Positions 1 to 10,994 are shown, numbered from the stretch's first letter. The stretch: 64,000 nucleotides of DNA from Desulfosoma sp. (GCA_037481835.1 JBBFKW010000003.1:1-64000); one strand, 5' to 3'. A program made the numbers and translations. The notes: generated from the letters alone by a model not told the origin.

Positions 1-11
1 GGTTCTGTGAG

Positions 12-49
12 AGGGATGAGATCGGATTCATTATCCGGTCTCACCCTAC
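12..49 (-). repeat. Palindromic hairpin starting with GTAG on the minus strand (REP-like)
   Basis: AGGGATGAGATCGGAT-tcatt-ATCCGGTCTCACCCT-AC; the reverse complement begins GTAGGGTGAGACCGGAT; intergenic. Confidence 0.4.
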
Positions 50-92
50 TCGATTCATGCGAGGCGGCTGACGAGACGAGGGGGGACATGGG

Positions 93-1088
93 TTGAAGGA
101 CGTCTGGGTGCAGCTCGATCACTGGGATAAGGATATGGTGGCCACGGCGCTGGAATCGGGCGCGGACGCCGTCGTGGCGCCTCAAGGCCTGGCGGAAAAG
201 ATCCGCACCTTGGGACGCATCGCCGTGGTGAGCGAAGACGGGGACCGGGTGCCGGGACGGGATGTGCACTTTGTCAGCGTGCGAAACCCGGAAGAAGAAC
301 AGCAGGCCGCGCGCCTTTTGGAACAGGGCGCCGTCGTGGCGGTGACGCATGCCGACTGGGACATCATCCCAATGGAAAATTTGGTCGCCCGATCGGGGTG
401 CCTTCTTGTGGCCGTGGATAGGGAAAGCCGCCTGGAGACGGCCCTGGGGATCTTGGAAAGGGGCGTTTCCGGCGTGATAGTCCGCGCGCCGGATCCGGCG
501 ACCTTGCGCCGATGGGTTTTGAAAGTGCGCGCCGCCGTTCCGGCGGAAATGCTCGTGGAAGCGGAAATCGTGTCCGTTCGGCCTGTGGGCTTGGGCGATC
601 GGGTGTGCGTGGACACATGCCTCCTGATGGAAGAGGGTCAAGGGGCTTTGGTGGGAAACAGCGCCGGCTTTCTTTTCCTCGTGCAGGCCGAAACCCGCCC
701 AAATCCCTATGTGGCGCCCCGACCGTTTCGCATCAACGCCGGGGCCGTCCACGCCTATGTGAAAGTCCCCGGCGGGCGGACGCGCTACCTCTGTGAACTC
801 GGTGCCGGCGATCGCCTTCTCGTCGTTGATCCGACCGGTGCCGCGGTGGAAGCGGTCATCGGCCGCTGCAAGATCGAGCGGCGCCCCTTGCTTTTGGTGG
901 AAGCGGTTTCCGGGGACCGTTCCGGAAGCCTCCTGGTTCAAAACGCGGAAACCATTTGCCTGACTGCCGCCGACGGAAGCGGCCTGTCCGTCACCCAACT
1001 GGAGCCCGGCCGGCGGGTCCTGGTGGCCGTTGCGCCAGAAGGCCGCCATTTCGGCATGCCGGTTTCGGAAACCATTACGGAGCGCTGA
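93..1088 (+). CDS. aroB': 3-dehydroquinate synthase II (archaeal-type)
   Basis: WDIIPMENL, GDRVCVDTC, RPFRINAGAVHAY, QNAETI, GRHFG motifs; TTG start; directly upstream of pheA-aroE-aroA. Confidence 0.9.
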   Translation: MKDVWVQLDHWDKDMVATALESGADAVVAPQGLAEKIRTLGRIAVVSEDGDRVPGRDVHFVSVRNPEEEQQAARLLEQGAVVAVTHADWDIIPMENLVARSGCLLVAVDRESRLETALGILERGVSGVIVRAPDPATLRRWVLKVRAAVPAEMLVEAEIVSVRPVGLGDRVCVDTCLLMEEGQGALVGNSAGFLFLVQAETRPNPYVAPRPFRINAGAVHAYVKVPGGRTRYLCELGAGDRLLVVDPTGAAVEAVIGRCKIERRPLLLVEAVSGDRSGSLLVQNAETICLTAADGSGLSVTQLEPGRRVLVAVAPEGRHFGMPVSETITER

Positions 1089-2209
1089 TGAAAGAACATC
1101 CCTTATCCCAATACCGTCAGGAAATCGATGGGCTGGACCTGCGCATCCTGGAACTCCTCAACCAGCGCATGCGCCTGGTGCAGGAAGTGGGACGCATTAA
1201 AGCCCAGCTGGGTATGGACACCTTCGACCCCGGCCGCGAAGAAGCCGTCTGTAAGAGGCTGGTGGACCTGAACCCGGGCCCGCTGAGCGGCGCTTCGGTC
1301 CGGGCCATATACCGGGAAATCCTGGCCGCGTCGCGCACGCTCCAGCAGCCCCTGAAGGTGGCCTTTCTCGGACCGGAATGGACCTACAGCCACCTTGCGG
1401 CCATTTCCGTCTTCGGCCACACGGCCCGTTACGAACCTCAGGCCACGCTCCTGGACGTCTTCGACGCCTTGTGCAAGGGTTTGGTCCACATGGCCCTGGT
1501 GCCCATCGAAAATTCTCTGGAAGGCGGCATCGGCCAGACCATGGACCTGCTCTATGAGCGGCCTGTGCGCGTTGTGGGGGAATGCTATCTGGAAGTGGCC
1601 CACTGCCTGTGCTCGGCCGCACCCGATCTGAAAACCGTGCGGAAGATTTACGCCCATCCCCACGCGGTGGGACAATGCCGCCGATGGCTTTCGGAAAACC
1701 TTCGAGGAGTGGAAATCTTCGAGTGCGCCTCCACGGCCCGGGCCGCCCAATCGGCGGCGGCCGACCCGGTGGCGGCGGCCATCTGCAACACCAAGGCGGC
1801 CGAGAACCACAACCTCCACGTCCTGGCCGAACGCATCGAGGACCATCCCGGAAACACAACCCGTTTCATCGTCCTGGGCCTCAAGGAAAACGCCCCCACC
1901 GGAGACGACAAGACGTCGCTTCTGTTCGCCGTGGCGGACAAGCCGGGAGCCCTCTACAAGGTGCTGGAATCCTTCACCCAGTATGGGCTGAATATGACGC
2001 GCATTGAATCGCGCCCCAACCGGGTCCATCCGTGGCAGTATTTATTCTTTGCCGACATCGCCGGCCACGAACGGGACGAAACGGTGCGCACCGCTTTGAA
2101 CGAGGCCTCTGAGCGGACCACGTTCCTCAAGGTGTTGGGATCTTACCCCCGGGCCAATCCCATGAAACCCATTCGCTTCGATGTGGAACGATCCCGGTTC
2201 GGCGGCTGA
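1088..2209 (+). CDS. pheA: Chorismate mutase / prephenate dehydratase
   Basis: N-terminal CM (RQEIDGLD), PDT motifs VPIENSLEG and NTTRF, ACT domain (IESRP); ATG overlaps the upstream TGA. Confidence 0.95.
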   Translation: MKEHPLSQYRQEIDGLDLRILELLNQRMRLVQEVGRIKAQLGMDTFDPGREEAVCKRLVDLNPGPLSGASVRAIYREILAASRTLQQPLKVAFLGPEWTYSHLAAISVFGHTARYEPQATLLDVFDALCKGLVHMALVPIENSLEGGIGQTMDLLYERPVRVVGECYLEVAHCLCSAAPDLKTVRKIYAHPHAVGQCRRWLSENLRGVEIFECASTARAAQSAAADPVAAAICNTKAAENHNLHVLAERIEDHPGNTTRFIVLGLKENAPTGDDKTSLLFAVADKPGALYKVLESFTQYGLNMTRIESRPNRVHPWQYLFFADIAGHERDETVRTALNEASERTTFLKVLGSYPRANPMKPIRFDVERSRFGG

Positions 2210-2222
2210 AGAGGGGGGCGGG

Positions 2223-3068
2223 ATGGGCGCTTCGGTGCGATCGGTCCAACACGATCTTTACGGGGTGGTCGGCCGTCCGGCGCGGCACAGCCTGAGTCCC
2301 GCCATGATGCGGGCGGCGTTCGCAGTCCTGGGGATCCATGCCTGTTATTTGGCCCTGGAAGCCGATGATCTGGCGGAGGCCTTGGACACCCTGGATCGAG
2401 TGGGATTTCGGGGGCTCAGCGTGACGGTCCCCTTCAAGCAGGACGCTTTCGCCCTGTGTTGCCACGTGGACGCTCCGGCTCGATCCATCGGGGCGGTGAA
2501 CACGCTGCGTCGCACCGAGGCCGGCTGGGAGGGGCGGAATACGGACTGGCTCGGCGCCGTGCGGGCTCTGGAAAGGATCGTTTCGCTCCGAGATGCCCCA
2601 GCCCTTGTCATCGGGGCGGGTGGAGCCGCCCGTGGTGTGGTCTACGGCCTGACGGAGCGCGGGGCTCAGGTCCTCATCGTCAACCGCACGGAACATCGGG
2701 CCCGGGATCTGGCCGCCGCTTTCGGATGCGCGTGGGCCCCGCTGAGCGAACTGGGTTCCGTGAAACCAGAAATCGTCGTCCACACCACAAGTGGGGGGAT
2801 GTCTGGAAATCCTTACGATTTTACGATTCCCGAGGGTTTTTTCACCCCGGAGATGGTTGTCATGGACATCGTGTACACCCCGTTGGAGACGCCGCTTTTG
2901 CGCCGAGCCAAGGCGGCCGGAGCCCTGGTGGTGGACGGGTTGGAAATGTTGCTCCACCAAGGGGTGGAACAGCTTTCGTGGTGGCTGAACAGGCCTGCGC
3001 CGGAAGCGGCCATGCGGCACGCCCTTCGACGGGCCGCACGGGGGCATGGAAGGGTTTCCCATGGATGA
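2223..3068 (+). CDS. aroE: Shikimate dehydrogenase
   Basis: HSLSP, VTVPFK, GAVNT, NTDW, GAGGAAR, DIVYTP, GLEMLLHQG. Confidence 0.95.
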   Translation: MGASVRSVQHDLYGVVGRPARHSLSPAMMRAAFAVLGIHACYLALEADDLAEALDTLDRVGFRGLSVTVPFKQDAFALCCHVDAPARSIGAVNTLRRTEAGWEGRNTDWLGAVRALERIVSLRDAPALVIGAGGAARGVVYGLTERGAQVLIVNRTEHRARDLAAAFGCAWAPLSELGSVKPEIVVHTTSGGMSGNPYDFTIPEGFFTPEMVVMDIVYTPLETPLLRRAKAAGALVVDGLEMLLHQGVEQLSWWLNRPAPEAAMRHALRRAARGHGRVSHG

Positions 3069-4374
3069 ATCGACGAATCAACGGGCGGTGCCGTGCGTCA
3101 TGCCGGTGCGGGGCGCCGTGCCCATTCCCGGCTCAAAGTCGGTCACGCACCGGGCCTTGATTCTCGCGGCCTTGGCCGACGGCGAAAGTGTCATTGAAAA
3201 CGCCTTGGACGCCGAAGATACGCGGATTACGGCCGAAGCCCTGCGTCGTCTCGGCGTGCGTGTGCACTGGGACGGGACCACCGTGCGCGTGCGCCCTCCA
3301 GCGCATCGGTGGAACTGCCCCGCCGAACCCTTGGCGCTCGGCAACAGCGGGACGAGCCTTCGGCTGCTCATGGGGCTTGCGGCGGTAGGCCGAGGCACTT
3401 TCGTTTTCGATGGATCGGCCAGGCTGCGCCAGCGCCCTGTGGGGCCCTTGGCCGAGGCGCTCAAACCCTTGGGTGTTACGATTCGCTACTTAGGTGAAGG
3501 GCCCTGCCCGCCCCTCGCTTTGGAAACCGGAGGGTTGCATGCCGGGCGAACCCTTGTGGATGCTTCGGAAAGCAGCCAATACCTGTCTTCCATGCTCATG
3601 GCCGCCACCCAGGCGCGAGGGCCGGTCTCCGTGCGTTGGAAGGATCCCGTGGCGTCTTTTCCTTACGTGACCATCACCTTGAAGATGATGGCCGAGGTGG
3701 GTCTGGATTTCCGATGGGAGGGGCCCCACGAGATCGCCGTTCCCGCCCCGCAGCGCATCGCGGCGTTTCGCATGGAGGTGGAAGGGGACTGTTCGTCCGC
3801 ATCCTATTTTTGGGCCGCTTCGGCCTTGACGCACGGCGATGTGCTCACATACCCTCTGAGCCCGGATGCGCTGCAAGGCGACTGCCGGTTTTTGGACGTG
3901 CTGAGCGCCATGGGCTGTGCCGTCAGGTGGGAAGATCGCGGCGTGCGCGTGCAGGGTCCCGAGCGGCTGCTGCCCGTCGACGTGGACATGAACGCCATGC
4001 CGGACATGGTTCCCACGCTGGCGGTGGTGTGCGCCTGCGCCGACGGGATTTCCACGATCCGCAACGTGGCGCATCTGCGCATCAAGGAATGCGATCGGCT
4101 GGATGCGGTGGCCGCCGAACTCCGGCGCATGGGCGTGCGAGTGGAACAAAACCCGGACGGATTGCGCATCCAAGGCCCTCCCCGGCAGGGCGCCGTCATC
4201 CGCACCTACGACGACCACAGGATCGCCATGGCTTTTGCGGTTTTGGGACTGAGGGTTCCAGGGACGATCATCGACGGCGCGACCACGGTGGCCAAATCCT
4301 TTCCCGGCTTTTGGGACGTCTTGGATGAACTTGTCCGGCAATCCACGGCGGACCGCCTGGAACATCATGGCTGA
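3061..4374 (+). CDS. aroA: 3-phosphoshikimate 1-carboxyvinyltransferase
   Basis: PGSKSVTHR, GNSGT, SSQYLS, RIKECDR, DDHRIAM, KSFP. Confidence 0.95.
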   Translation: MDESTNQRAVPCVMPVRGAVPIPGSKSVTHRALILAALADGESVIENALDAEDTRITAEALRRLGVRVHWDGTTVRVRPPAHRWNCPAEPLALGNSGTSLRLLMGLAAVGRGTFVFDGSARLRQRPVGPLAEALKPLGVTIRYLGEGPCPPLALETGGLHAGRTLVDASESSQYLSSMLMAATQARGPVSVRWKDPVASFPYVTITLKMMAEVGLDFRWEGPHEIAVPAPQRIAAFRMEVEGDCSSASYFWAASALTHGDVLTYPLSPDALQGDCRFLDVLSAMGCAVRWEDRGVRVQGPERLLPVDVDMNAMPDMVPTLAVVCACADGISTIRNVAHLRIKECDRLDAVAAELRRMGVRVEQNPDGLRIQGPPRQGAVIRTYDDHRIAMAFAVLGLRVPGTIIDGATTVAKSFPGFWDVLDELVRQSTADRLEHHG

Positions 4375-5857
4375 GACGATGCTGAGACTCTATCGGACCT
4401 TTGCCCTAGGGCTCGCGATCTTGAGCGCCGTTCTCATGCCCGTCGGGGCGCCGGCCGCGAAAGAGACGAAAAAGGCGGCGCCGAAGGCCCAGGCCTCCAC
4501 GTGGGCGGAGCATTTGCGGGAGATGCAGGCGGCCTGCGGCGATCTCAGCGTTCAGGTTGTCGCCGTGCCGTCGGGGGCGGTTCTTTGGGAGTATCAAGCC
4601 CACAAACCCCTGGTGCCGGCATCGCTCATGAAACTACTCACCAGTTACGCCGCCTTGAAAGAGTTGGGCGCCGATTACCAGTTCCCCACCGAGGTATGGA
4701 CGGACCGGAAGCCGGTTCAAGGAGTCATTTCAGGCAGCCTGTGGATCAAAGGCTACGGGGATCCCTATCTCATTCCCGAACGGGCCTGGCTCCTCGGGCA
4801 AAAACTGCGCTCCCAAGGCATCCACAAGGTCCTGGGTGGGATCTACGTGGACGATTCGGCCTTCGACCCGCCGTATGAGCACCTGTGTTTGGACAACAAA
4901 TGCGAAAGGCCGCACAACCCGGTGATTTCGGCCACGGCGGTGAACTACAATACGGTGACCGTGGAGCTCCTCCCCGGTGACGACGGGCGGACGGCCAAGG
5001 ATGTGCGGACGTTTCCTCCCACCGATTATGTGACCATCCGTCAGGAATGGCAGGCGCAGGGAAAGAACCCGTGGGTCGGGTTGGTGTCGCTGGGAGTCGG
5101 GGACGACGGCCGGGAAACCTTCCGCGTCCACGGGACAAAACCCGGCGAAGAAGTCCTTCCCGCGGAATACCGCATGAACATTCAAGATCCCCAGCGGTTC
5201 GCGGCCCTCACCTTCCGGCGTATGCTGAAGGAAGCCGGCATCCAGGTCATGGGATCCGACGCGGGCCCCAGCCCCGTTCCGTCACAGGCCGCTTTGCTCT
5301 ACCGCTTGGAATCCCCGCCGCTCAGCGATGTCCTCTACGGGTTGAACCGCTACAGCAACAACTTCATGGCGGAAATGATCCTGAGGGTTCTCGGAGCCCA
5401 CGTTTATGGATTTCCGGGATCCGCGGCCAAAGGGTGCCGTGCCGTGGAAAACGTCCTCGCCCGACTGGGCGTGCCTTCCAACGAAATGACCTTGGATTCC
5501 GGGTCGGGACTCACGCGGACGACGCGCGTGAGCGCCGCGGCGTTCAACACGGTGTTGATGGCGGCGCATAGGGATTGGGACATAGGCCCTGAGTTCCTGG
5601 CGTCTTTCGCCCGCTCCGGCGAAGAAGGCACCCTGAGAAAACGCATGAAGGAGTGCGTGTCCGAATACACCGTTCGAGGCAAAACGGGCACGCTCCGCGA
5701 CGTCGTCGGCTTCAGCGGCTACATCGGAAACCTTTCCGGCACCGCCTACGCGGTCACGGTGATCATGAACGGGGTTCCCAGTCCTTGGGACGCCCGGGCG
5801 GCCCTGGACGCCTTTGTGATCCATATTCCACGCCTGGCTTCGGCCGAAGAAAAATGA
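4367..5857 (+). CDS. dacB: D-Ala-D-Ala carboxypeptidase/endopeptidase (PBP4, peptidase S13)
   Basis: Signal peptide; PASLMK (SxxK), SNN, DSGSGL, KTG motifs. Confidence 0.9.
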   Translation: MAETMLRLYRTFALGLAILSAVLMPVGAPAAKETKKAAPKAQASTWAEHLREMQAACGDLSVQVVAVPSGAVLWEYQAHKPLVPASLMKLLTSYAALKELGADYQFPTEVWTDRKPVQGVISGSLWIKGYGDPYLIPERAWLLGQKLRSQGIHKVLGGIYVDDSAFDPPYEHLCLDNKCERPHNPVISATAVNYNTVTVELLPGDDGRTAKDVRTFPPTDYVTIRQEWQAQGKNPWVGLVSLGVGDDGRETFRVHGTKPGEEVLPAEYRMNIQDPQRFAALTFRRMLKEAGIQVMGSDAGPSPVPSQAALLYRLESPPLSDVLYGLNRYSNNFMAEMILRVLGAHVYGFPGSAAKGCRAVENVLARLGVPSNEMTLDSGSGLTRTTRVSAAAFNTVLMAAHRDWDIGPEFLASFARSGEEGTLRKRMKECVSEYTVRGKTGTLRDVVGFSGYIGNLSGTAYAVTVIMNGVPSPWDARAALDAFVIHIPRLASAEEK

Positions 5858-6861
5858 CCCGCGTGATTTATCCCGTTTTTGTCCCTCACCGAGGGTGCCC
5901 CTTTCGATGCGTCTACTGCGACCAGCACATCCTGACCGCGCACAGGGACGATTCCGCCGCCCTGTCCGAGGATTCCACCAAAGATCAGGTGCGGGTCATG
6001 GCCGCCGCCGCCTTGAGAAAGGCCCGTCCCGGTGAAATCGCTTTTTACGGCGGGACTTTCACCAACATCGAACCCGCCCTTTTGCAATCGCTCCTGGAAG
6101 AGGCATCATTGTGGGTGCAGGCGGGAGCCTTTACGGGGATCCGGTTTTCCACACGGCCGGACGCCTTAGCACCGGAGGTGCTGGAAAGGCTTGCCGGTTT
6201 TCCGGTGCGAACGGTGGAAATCGGAGCGCAGAGCCTGGACGATGGGGTTCTCGACCGGTGTCGCCGAGGCTACACGGCCCGGGATGTCGTCGAGGCGGGC
6301 CGGCGGGTGCAGGCTGCCGGCTACGCTTTGGGCGTGCAGCTCATGGTGGGCCTTCCCGGGGAAGACGCGGCGTCCTTTGAGGCGACGCTGCAAGGCGTGG
6401 TTGCGTTGCATCCGGATTTTGTGCGCCTCTACCCGACGTTGGTCCTTCGAGGGACCGTCTTGGAACAGTGGTTTCGCCGCGGAACCTATCGGCCTTTAAC
6501 GGTGGACGAGGCCGTGGAAAGGTGCGCTCGAGCTTTCGAAATTTTCGGCGAAAAGGGGATCGGAGTGGCCCGCATCGGGCTGCAGACGACGGAACAATTG
6601 CGCCGAAACGACGTCGTGGCGGCCGGGCCCAACCATCCCGCCTTGGGTTATCTCGTTCGGGTGCACCTATGGCGCCGCCGCGTAGATGCTCTTTTGGCCC
6701 GAAACCCATACCATGGCAAGACGGTGCGCATCGTCTGCCCGGCACAGCGCCTGAGCGAGGTGATCGGGCCGGGTCGGGCCAACGTGGCCTATTGGAAAGA
6801 ACGCTGGGGGCTTGAGGCCTTGGAAGTCCGTGGTCTTGCTGGGACCGAAACGGGTCGTTAG
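5854..6861 (+). CDS. Radical SAM protein, Elp3/YhcC-like
   Basis: CPFRCVYC (CxxxCxxC), [24 protein letters not shown] overlap with dacB stop. Confidence 0.85.
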   Translation: MTRVIYPVFVPHRGCPFRCVYCDQHILTAHRDDSAALSEDSTKDQVRVMAAAALRKARPGEIAFYGGTFTNIEPALLQSLLEEASLWVQAGAFTGIRFSTRPDALAPEVLERLAGFPVRTVEIGAQSLDDGVLDRCRRGYTARDVVEAGRRVQAAGYALGVQLMVGLPGEDAASFEATLQGVVALHPDFVRLYPTLVLRGTVLEQWFRRGTYRPLTVDEAVERCARAFEIFGEKGIGVARIGLQTTEQLRRNDVVAAGPNHPALGYLVRVHLWRRRVDALLARNPYHGKTVRIVCPAQRLSEVIGPGRANVAYWKERWGLEALEVRGLAGTETGR

Positions 6862-6887
6862 AATCCGGCCGAAGCGCGCCGAAGGAG

Positions 6888-7973
6888 GTGAGAGTGGAAA
6901 CGGGGCAGCGTCGCAGAATATCGCGCCGGATTCATATCGGCAGTGTTCCCGTGGGCGGGGCGGCCCCGGTGGTGGTCCAGTCCATGACCAACACGGACAC
7001 CCGGGACGTGACGGCAACTGTTGCCCAAATCCAAAGGCTGGAGAGGGCGGGCTGTGAGATCGTTCGCGTTGCGGTGCCGAACCGGGAAGCCGTCGAAGCG
7101 TTGGGACGCATCAAAAAGGTTGTGACGGTTCCCATCATTGCGGACATCCACTTCGATTTCCGCTTGGCTCTGGGGGCCTTGCAGGCCGGAGCGGACGGGC
7201 TTCGAATCAACCCCGGAAATATCGGCGGTGAGGAAAAAGTGCGGCTGGTGGCCCGCGAAGCCCGGCAGCGCGGGGTGCCGATCCGCATTGGGGTCAACAG
7301 CGGTTCCGTGGAAAAGGATCTCTTGGCCAAGTACGGCGGTCCTACGGCCGAGGCCATGGTGGAAAGCGCCCTCCGCCACATGGCCCTCTTGGAGGAATGC
7401 GGCCTTGAGGATTTCAAGGTTTCCCTGAAATCCTCCGATGTTCTGACTACAGTGGATGCCTATCGCGGGCTGGCGGCGAAGTCCGATGTGCCTCTGCACC
7501 TTGGGGTCACGGAAGCGGGCCCGGGGGTCCTCGGCGCCGTGAAATCCGCTCTGGGAATCGGGCTTCTTCTGGCCGAAGGCATCGGGGACACGATCCGCGT
7601 GTCCGTGACGGCCGACCCGGAAGAAGAGCTTCCCATCGCCTACGGCATCCTGCGCTCCCTGGGGCTCAGGTACCGCGGAGTCGATCTCATCAGTTGCCCG
7701 ACCTGCGGTCGCACGGAATGGAACCTCATGGAAGTCGCCCAAGAGGCGGAACGGCGCCTGCGCCACGTGGTCACGCCCATCAAAGTGGCCGTCATGGGCT
7801 GCGCCGTCAACGGTCCCGGGGAAGCCCGAGAAGCGGATGTGGGCATTGCGGGGGGGCGAGGCCAGGGGATCTTGTTCAAGAAAGGCATGCTGGTGGAAAA
7901 ACTGCCGCAGGAAAAAATCTTGGAGCGGCTGCTCCAGGAGGTGCAGGCCATGACGGGGGAGCGCATCCTTTGA
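6888..7973 (+). CDS. ispG: (E)-4-hydroxy-3-methylbut-2-enyl-diphosphate synthase
   Basis: VQSMTNT, ADIHFD, RINPGN, CPTCGR, MGCAVNGPGE. Confidence 0.97.
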   Translation: MRVETGQRRRISRRIHIGSVPVGGAAPVVVQSMTNTDTRDVTATVAQIQRLERAGCEIVRVAVPNREAVEALGRIKKVVTVPIIADIHFDFRLALGALQAGADGLRINPGNIGGEEKVRLVAREARQRGVPIRIGVNSGSVEKDLLAKYGGPTAEAMVESALRHMALLEECGLEDFKVSLKSSDVLTTVDAYRGLAAKSDVPLHLGVTEAGPGVLGAVKSALGIGLLLAEGIGDTIRVSVTADPEEELPIAYGILRSLGLRYRGVDLISCPTCGRTEWNLMEVAQEAERRLRHVVTPIKVAVMGCAVNGPGEAREADVGIAGGRGQGILFKKGMLVEKLPQEKILERLLQEVQAMTGERIL

Positions 7974-7992
7974 ACCCGAGGCGATAAGGGTC

Positions 7993-10140
7993 GTGATGCA
8001 ATATTTCCAAATTGAAGATCAGGTGTTGCGCTATTTCCCCGAGGCCGATGTGGGGCTCATGCGTCGTGCCTACGCCCTGTGCGCCAAAGCCCATCGAGGC
8101 AGGCCCAGGCTGCCGTCCGAACCGTACCTGGAACATTACCTGGAAACCGCCTCGCTCATGGCCCGCCTCCAGATGGACGATCACACGGTGGCGGCGTGTT
8201 TTGTCCACGACGCCCTGGACGATTCCGTTCTTTCCGCCGAAGAGTTGAAAAGCCATCTGGGTGAGCACGTGGCGGCCATTATTGCCGGGGTGCATCGGGT
8301 GTCCCAGTTTCGGTTGGAAGAAGGCAAGGAAAAACAGGCGGAAGATCTTCGCAAGATGATCCTGGCCATGACGCGCGATGTGCGCGTCATCTTCATCAAA
8401 CTGGCCGATGTGCTTCACGACGCCCGGGTGATTCACCGATTTTCCCCCAAAGACCAATCGGCTTTGGCCCGAGAAGCCATGGAAATCTATGCCCCCCTGG
8501 CCAGCCGCCTGGGTGTGGAATGGATGAAGGTGGAACTGGAAGACAGGGCCTTCGAGGTGCTTTACCCGGACGCCTTCGTGCAACTCCAAACGCGCCTGCA
8601 AAAGACGGAAGCCGAACGCCGCCGGTACATCGACGAGGTGCGGGGCATCCTCAGCGCCAAGTTGCAGGAGAGCGGCCTGAAAGGCCGCGTTCTCGGTCGG
8701 CCCAAACATCTTTACAGCATCTACCGCAAAATGGTGGCCCAGCATCTGGACCTGGACCGCATTTACGATCTCATCGCCTTCCGGATCATCACGGATTCCG
8801 TGCCCGCCTGCTACGAAATTTTGGCCATGGTTCACGCCACCTGGGAACCCGTGCCGGGCCGCTACAAGGACTACATCGCGCGGCCCAAGGCCAACATGTA
8901 CCAGTCCCTGCACACCACGGTGATCGGGCCCCATCAGGAACGCATGGAGGTGCAGATCCGCACTGAAGAGATGGATCGGGTCGCCAACGAAGGCATCGCT
9001 GCCCATTGGCTCTACAAGGAAGGGCGTCCCCTGGAAGGGGTGAGCCGGGAGGAAACGGAAAGGTTTTCGTGGCTGCGCCAGCTCCTGGAACCGGAAAAAG
9101 GGTGGCGGGACCCCAAGAGCTTTTTCCAAAACTTCCAACTGGACCTTTACCCCGACGAAGTCTACGTGTTTTCGCCCGACGGGGACGTCAAGGTTCTGCC
9201 TCGAGGAGCCACTCCCATCGATTTCGCCTACGCCGTGCACACGGAAGTGGGGCACCGGTGCGTGGGCGCCCGGGTCAACGGGAAGATCGTCCCCCTGCGC
9301 TCGGAACTCAGCAACGGGGACATGGTGGAAATCATCACCGCGCCCAACCACAAGCCCAGCAAAGACTGGTTGAATTTCGCCAAGAGCAGCAAGGCGAGAA
9401 GCCGCATCCGCCACTGGATCAAAACGGAGGAGCGCGATCGGTCCATCGCCATGGGCCGTGAGATCTGCGAGCGGGAGTTCCGAAAGCGGGGTCTCAACTT
9501 CAACCACTACATCAATTCTCCGGAATTGCTGGAAGCAGCGCGGCAGTTTTCCCTGCGTACCATTGACGATCTCCTGGCCAGCGTGGGCTATAAGAAGGTG
9601 TCCCCGGTGCAGCTCATCGGGCGGCTGCCCTTACCCGAGGCGGAAGAAGAGGACTTTCGCGAAGAAAAACCGCCGGAGAAGAAAAAACCGGCCAAAGCCG
9701 ACGAAGGGATCCGGGTGCAGGGCGTGGACGACGTGCTCTTTCGCATGGCCAAGTGCTGCAACCCCCTGCCTGGGGAGCCCATCGTGGGCTACATCACAAG
9801 AGGCCGGGGGGTCACGATCCATCGCCAATCCTGCAAGAACGCCGGGACCGGGGACGAAGAGCGCCGCATCGACGTCCAGTGGGACACGGGGGAAGCCCAA
9901 ACATACCCCGTGGACATCAAGGTGGTTTACGACGGGGACCGGGCCACCGTAGGGGCTTTAAGCACCCTCTTGGGACAACTGGATGTGACAGTGAACGACT
10001 TTCGCATCCACCGCACGGGAGACGGCCTGGCCCAGTGCCGTTTCCGCGTGGAGGTGCGGGACAGTGAACATCTGAACCGCGTGATGACGGCGCTTCGAAA
10101 CGAAAAAAACGTCTACGAAGTCGTTCGCACAAGCGAATGA
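7993..10140 (+). CDS. relA: Long RelA/SpoT homolog, (p)ppGpp synthetase (HD-SYNTH-TGS-ZFD-ACT)
   Basis: GRPKHLYSIY, YQSLHT, EVQIRT, GIAAHWLYKE, TPIDFAYAVHT, KCCNP; start may be ATG 7996. Confidence 0.93.
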   Translation: MMQYFQIEDQVLRYFPEADVGLMRRAYALCAKAHRGRPRLPSEPYLEHYLETASLMARLQMDDHTVAACFVHDALDDSVLSAEELKSHLGEHVAAIIAGVHRVSQFRLEEGKEKQAEDLRKMILAMTRDVRVIFIKLADVLHDARVIHRFSPKDQSALAREAMEIYAPLASRLGVEWMKVELEDRAFEVLYPDAFVQLQTRLQKTEAERRRYIDEVRGILSAKLQESGLKGRVLGRPKHLYSIYRKMVAQHLDLDRIYDLIAFRIITDSVPACYEILAMVHATWEPVPGRYKDYIARPKANMYQSLHTTVIGPHQERMEVQIRTEEMDRVANEGIAAHWLYKEGRPLEGVSREETERFSWLRQLLEPEKGWRDPKSFFQNFQLDLYPDEVYVFSPDGDVKVLPRGATPIDFAYAVHTEVGHRCVGARVNGKIVPLRSELSNGDMVEIITAPNHKPSKDWLNFAKSSKARSRIRHWIKTEERDRSIAMGREICEREFRKRGLNFNHYINSPELLEAARQFSLRTIDDLLASVGYKKVSPVQLIGRLPLPEAEEEDFREEKPPEKKKPAKADEGIRVQGVDDVLFRMAKCCNPLPGEPIVGYITRGRGVTIHRQSCKNAGTGDEERRIDVQWDTGEAQTYPVDIKVVYDGDRATVGALSTLLGQLDVTVNDFRIHRTGDGLAQCRFRVEVRDSEHLNRVMTALRNEKNVYEVVRTSE

Positions 10141-10385
10141 GGGCCCTGGGAAAGACTCCGCTTTCGGATCTCAGCGCTGAGGGTCGTTTTTGCACCACGC
10201 CCGGGGCCGAAAAAGTGGATCAATAAGCCCCCATTCCTGAGGAGCCGGCGTGCCGACGATGGACGTTGGGGGCGCGTCCGCCCCTTCGTGTGTCGAATGG
10301 CAGGCGAGAGGTTCCGAAACCCCGGGAGTGGCGGCCGCGGTTGCTCCCCCAATGAGCCGCACGAGCTCTTCTCTGACGGAGACTC

Positions 10386-10994
10386 ATGCACACGGAAGAC
10401 GACTTCCTCGACGCCCTGAAAAGGCCCAGACCCGATCCGGGAGGAGGATCCGCCGCCGCCCATGGAGCCCTCATGGCCGCCTGCGTGCTGGAAAAAGTGG
10501 TCGTCCTGGAAAAGAACCGGACCAAGCCGGAAGACGCCGAGCGGGGATGGTGGGACAAGGCGCTGGAAGAAGTCCGCCGCTTGGAAGACGACCTGGTGCG
10601 GCTGAGGGCGGAAGACGTGGAGGCTTACCGCGCGCTCGCTTCGGCACTTAAGGTGGAAAGGCGGGACGCAGGCCGGGACGATGCGGCGGAAGCGGCGCTT
10701 CGAGTTCCTTTGGCCATCATGGACACGGCAACCGAAGCCCTCCGGAAGGCGGAGGCGATCGGCCTGCGCTGTGCCAGGCACCTCCAGCCCGATGTGGCCG
10801 TCGCCGCCGAATTTTTGGGATCCGCCGTCCAAGCCGCCTATTGGATCGCCCGGGCCAATGCTCTTCTTGTGGAAAACCCCCAACGCCGAGCCCGCCTTCT
10901 CGAATCCGTGCACCAGCGCCGCAATACGGGCGCGTTTCTGTTGCGGGCGGCACGAAGGGAGCTCAGAAAGCACGGTGAAGCTTGCCGCCGATAA
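10386..10994 (+). CDS. Cyclodeaminase/cyclohydrolase family protein (FTCD C-terminal-like)
   Basis: PDPGGGSAAA motif, helical protein with D.EAY, VPL and D..VA patterns. Confidence 0.8.
   Translation: MHTEDDFLDALKRPRPDPGGGSAAAHGALMAACVLEKVVVLEKNRTKPEDAERGWWDKALEEVRRLEDDLVRLRAEDVEAYRALASALKVERRDAGRDDAAEAALRVPLAIMDTATEALRKAEAIGLRCARHLQPDVAVAAEFLGSAVQAAYWIARANALLVENPQRRARLLESVHQRRNTGAFLLRAARRELRKHGEACRR

Noticed and set aside
10141..10385. THF or ZTP riboswitch upstream of the folate-related genes
   Set aside because: GC-rich pairing is possible but the conserved aptamer motifs could not be identified by eye.
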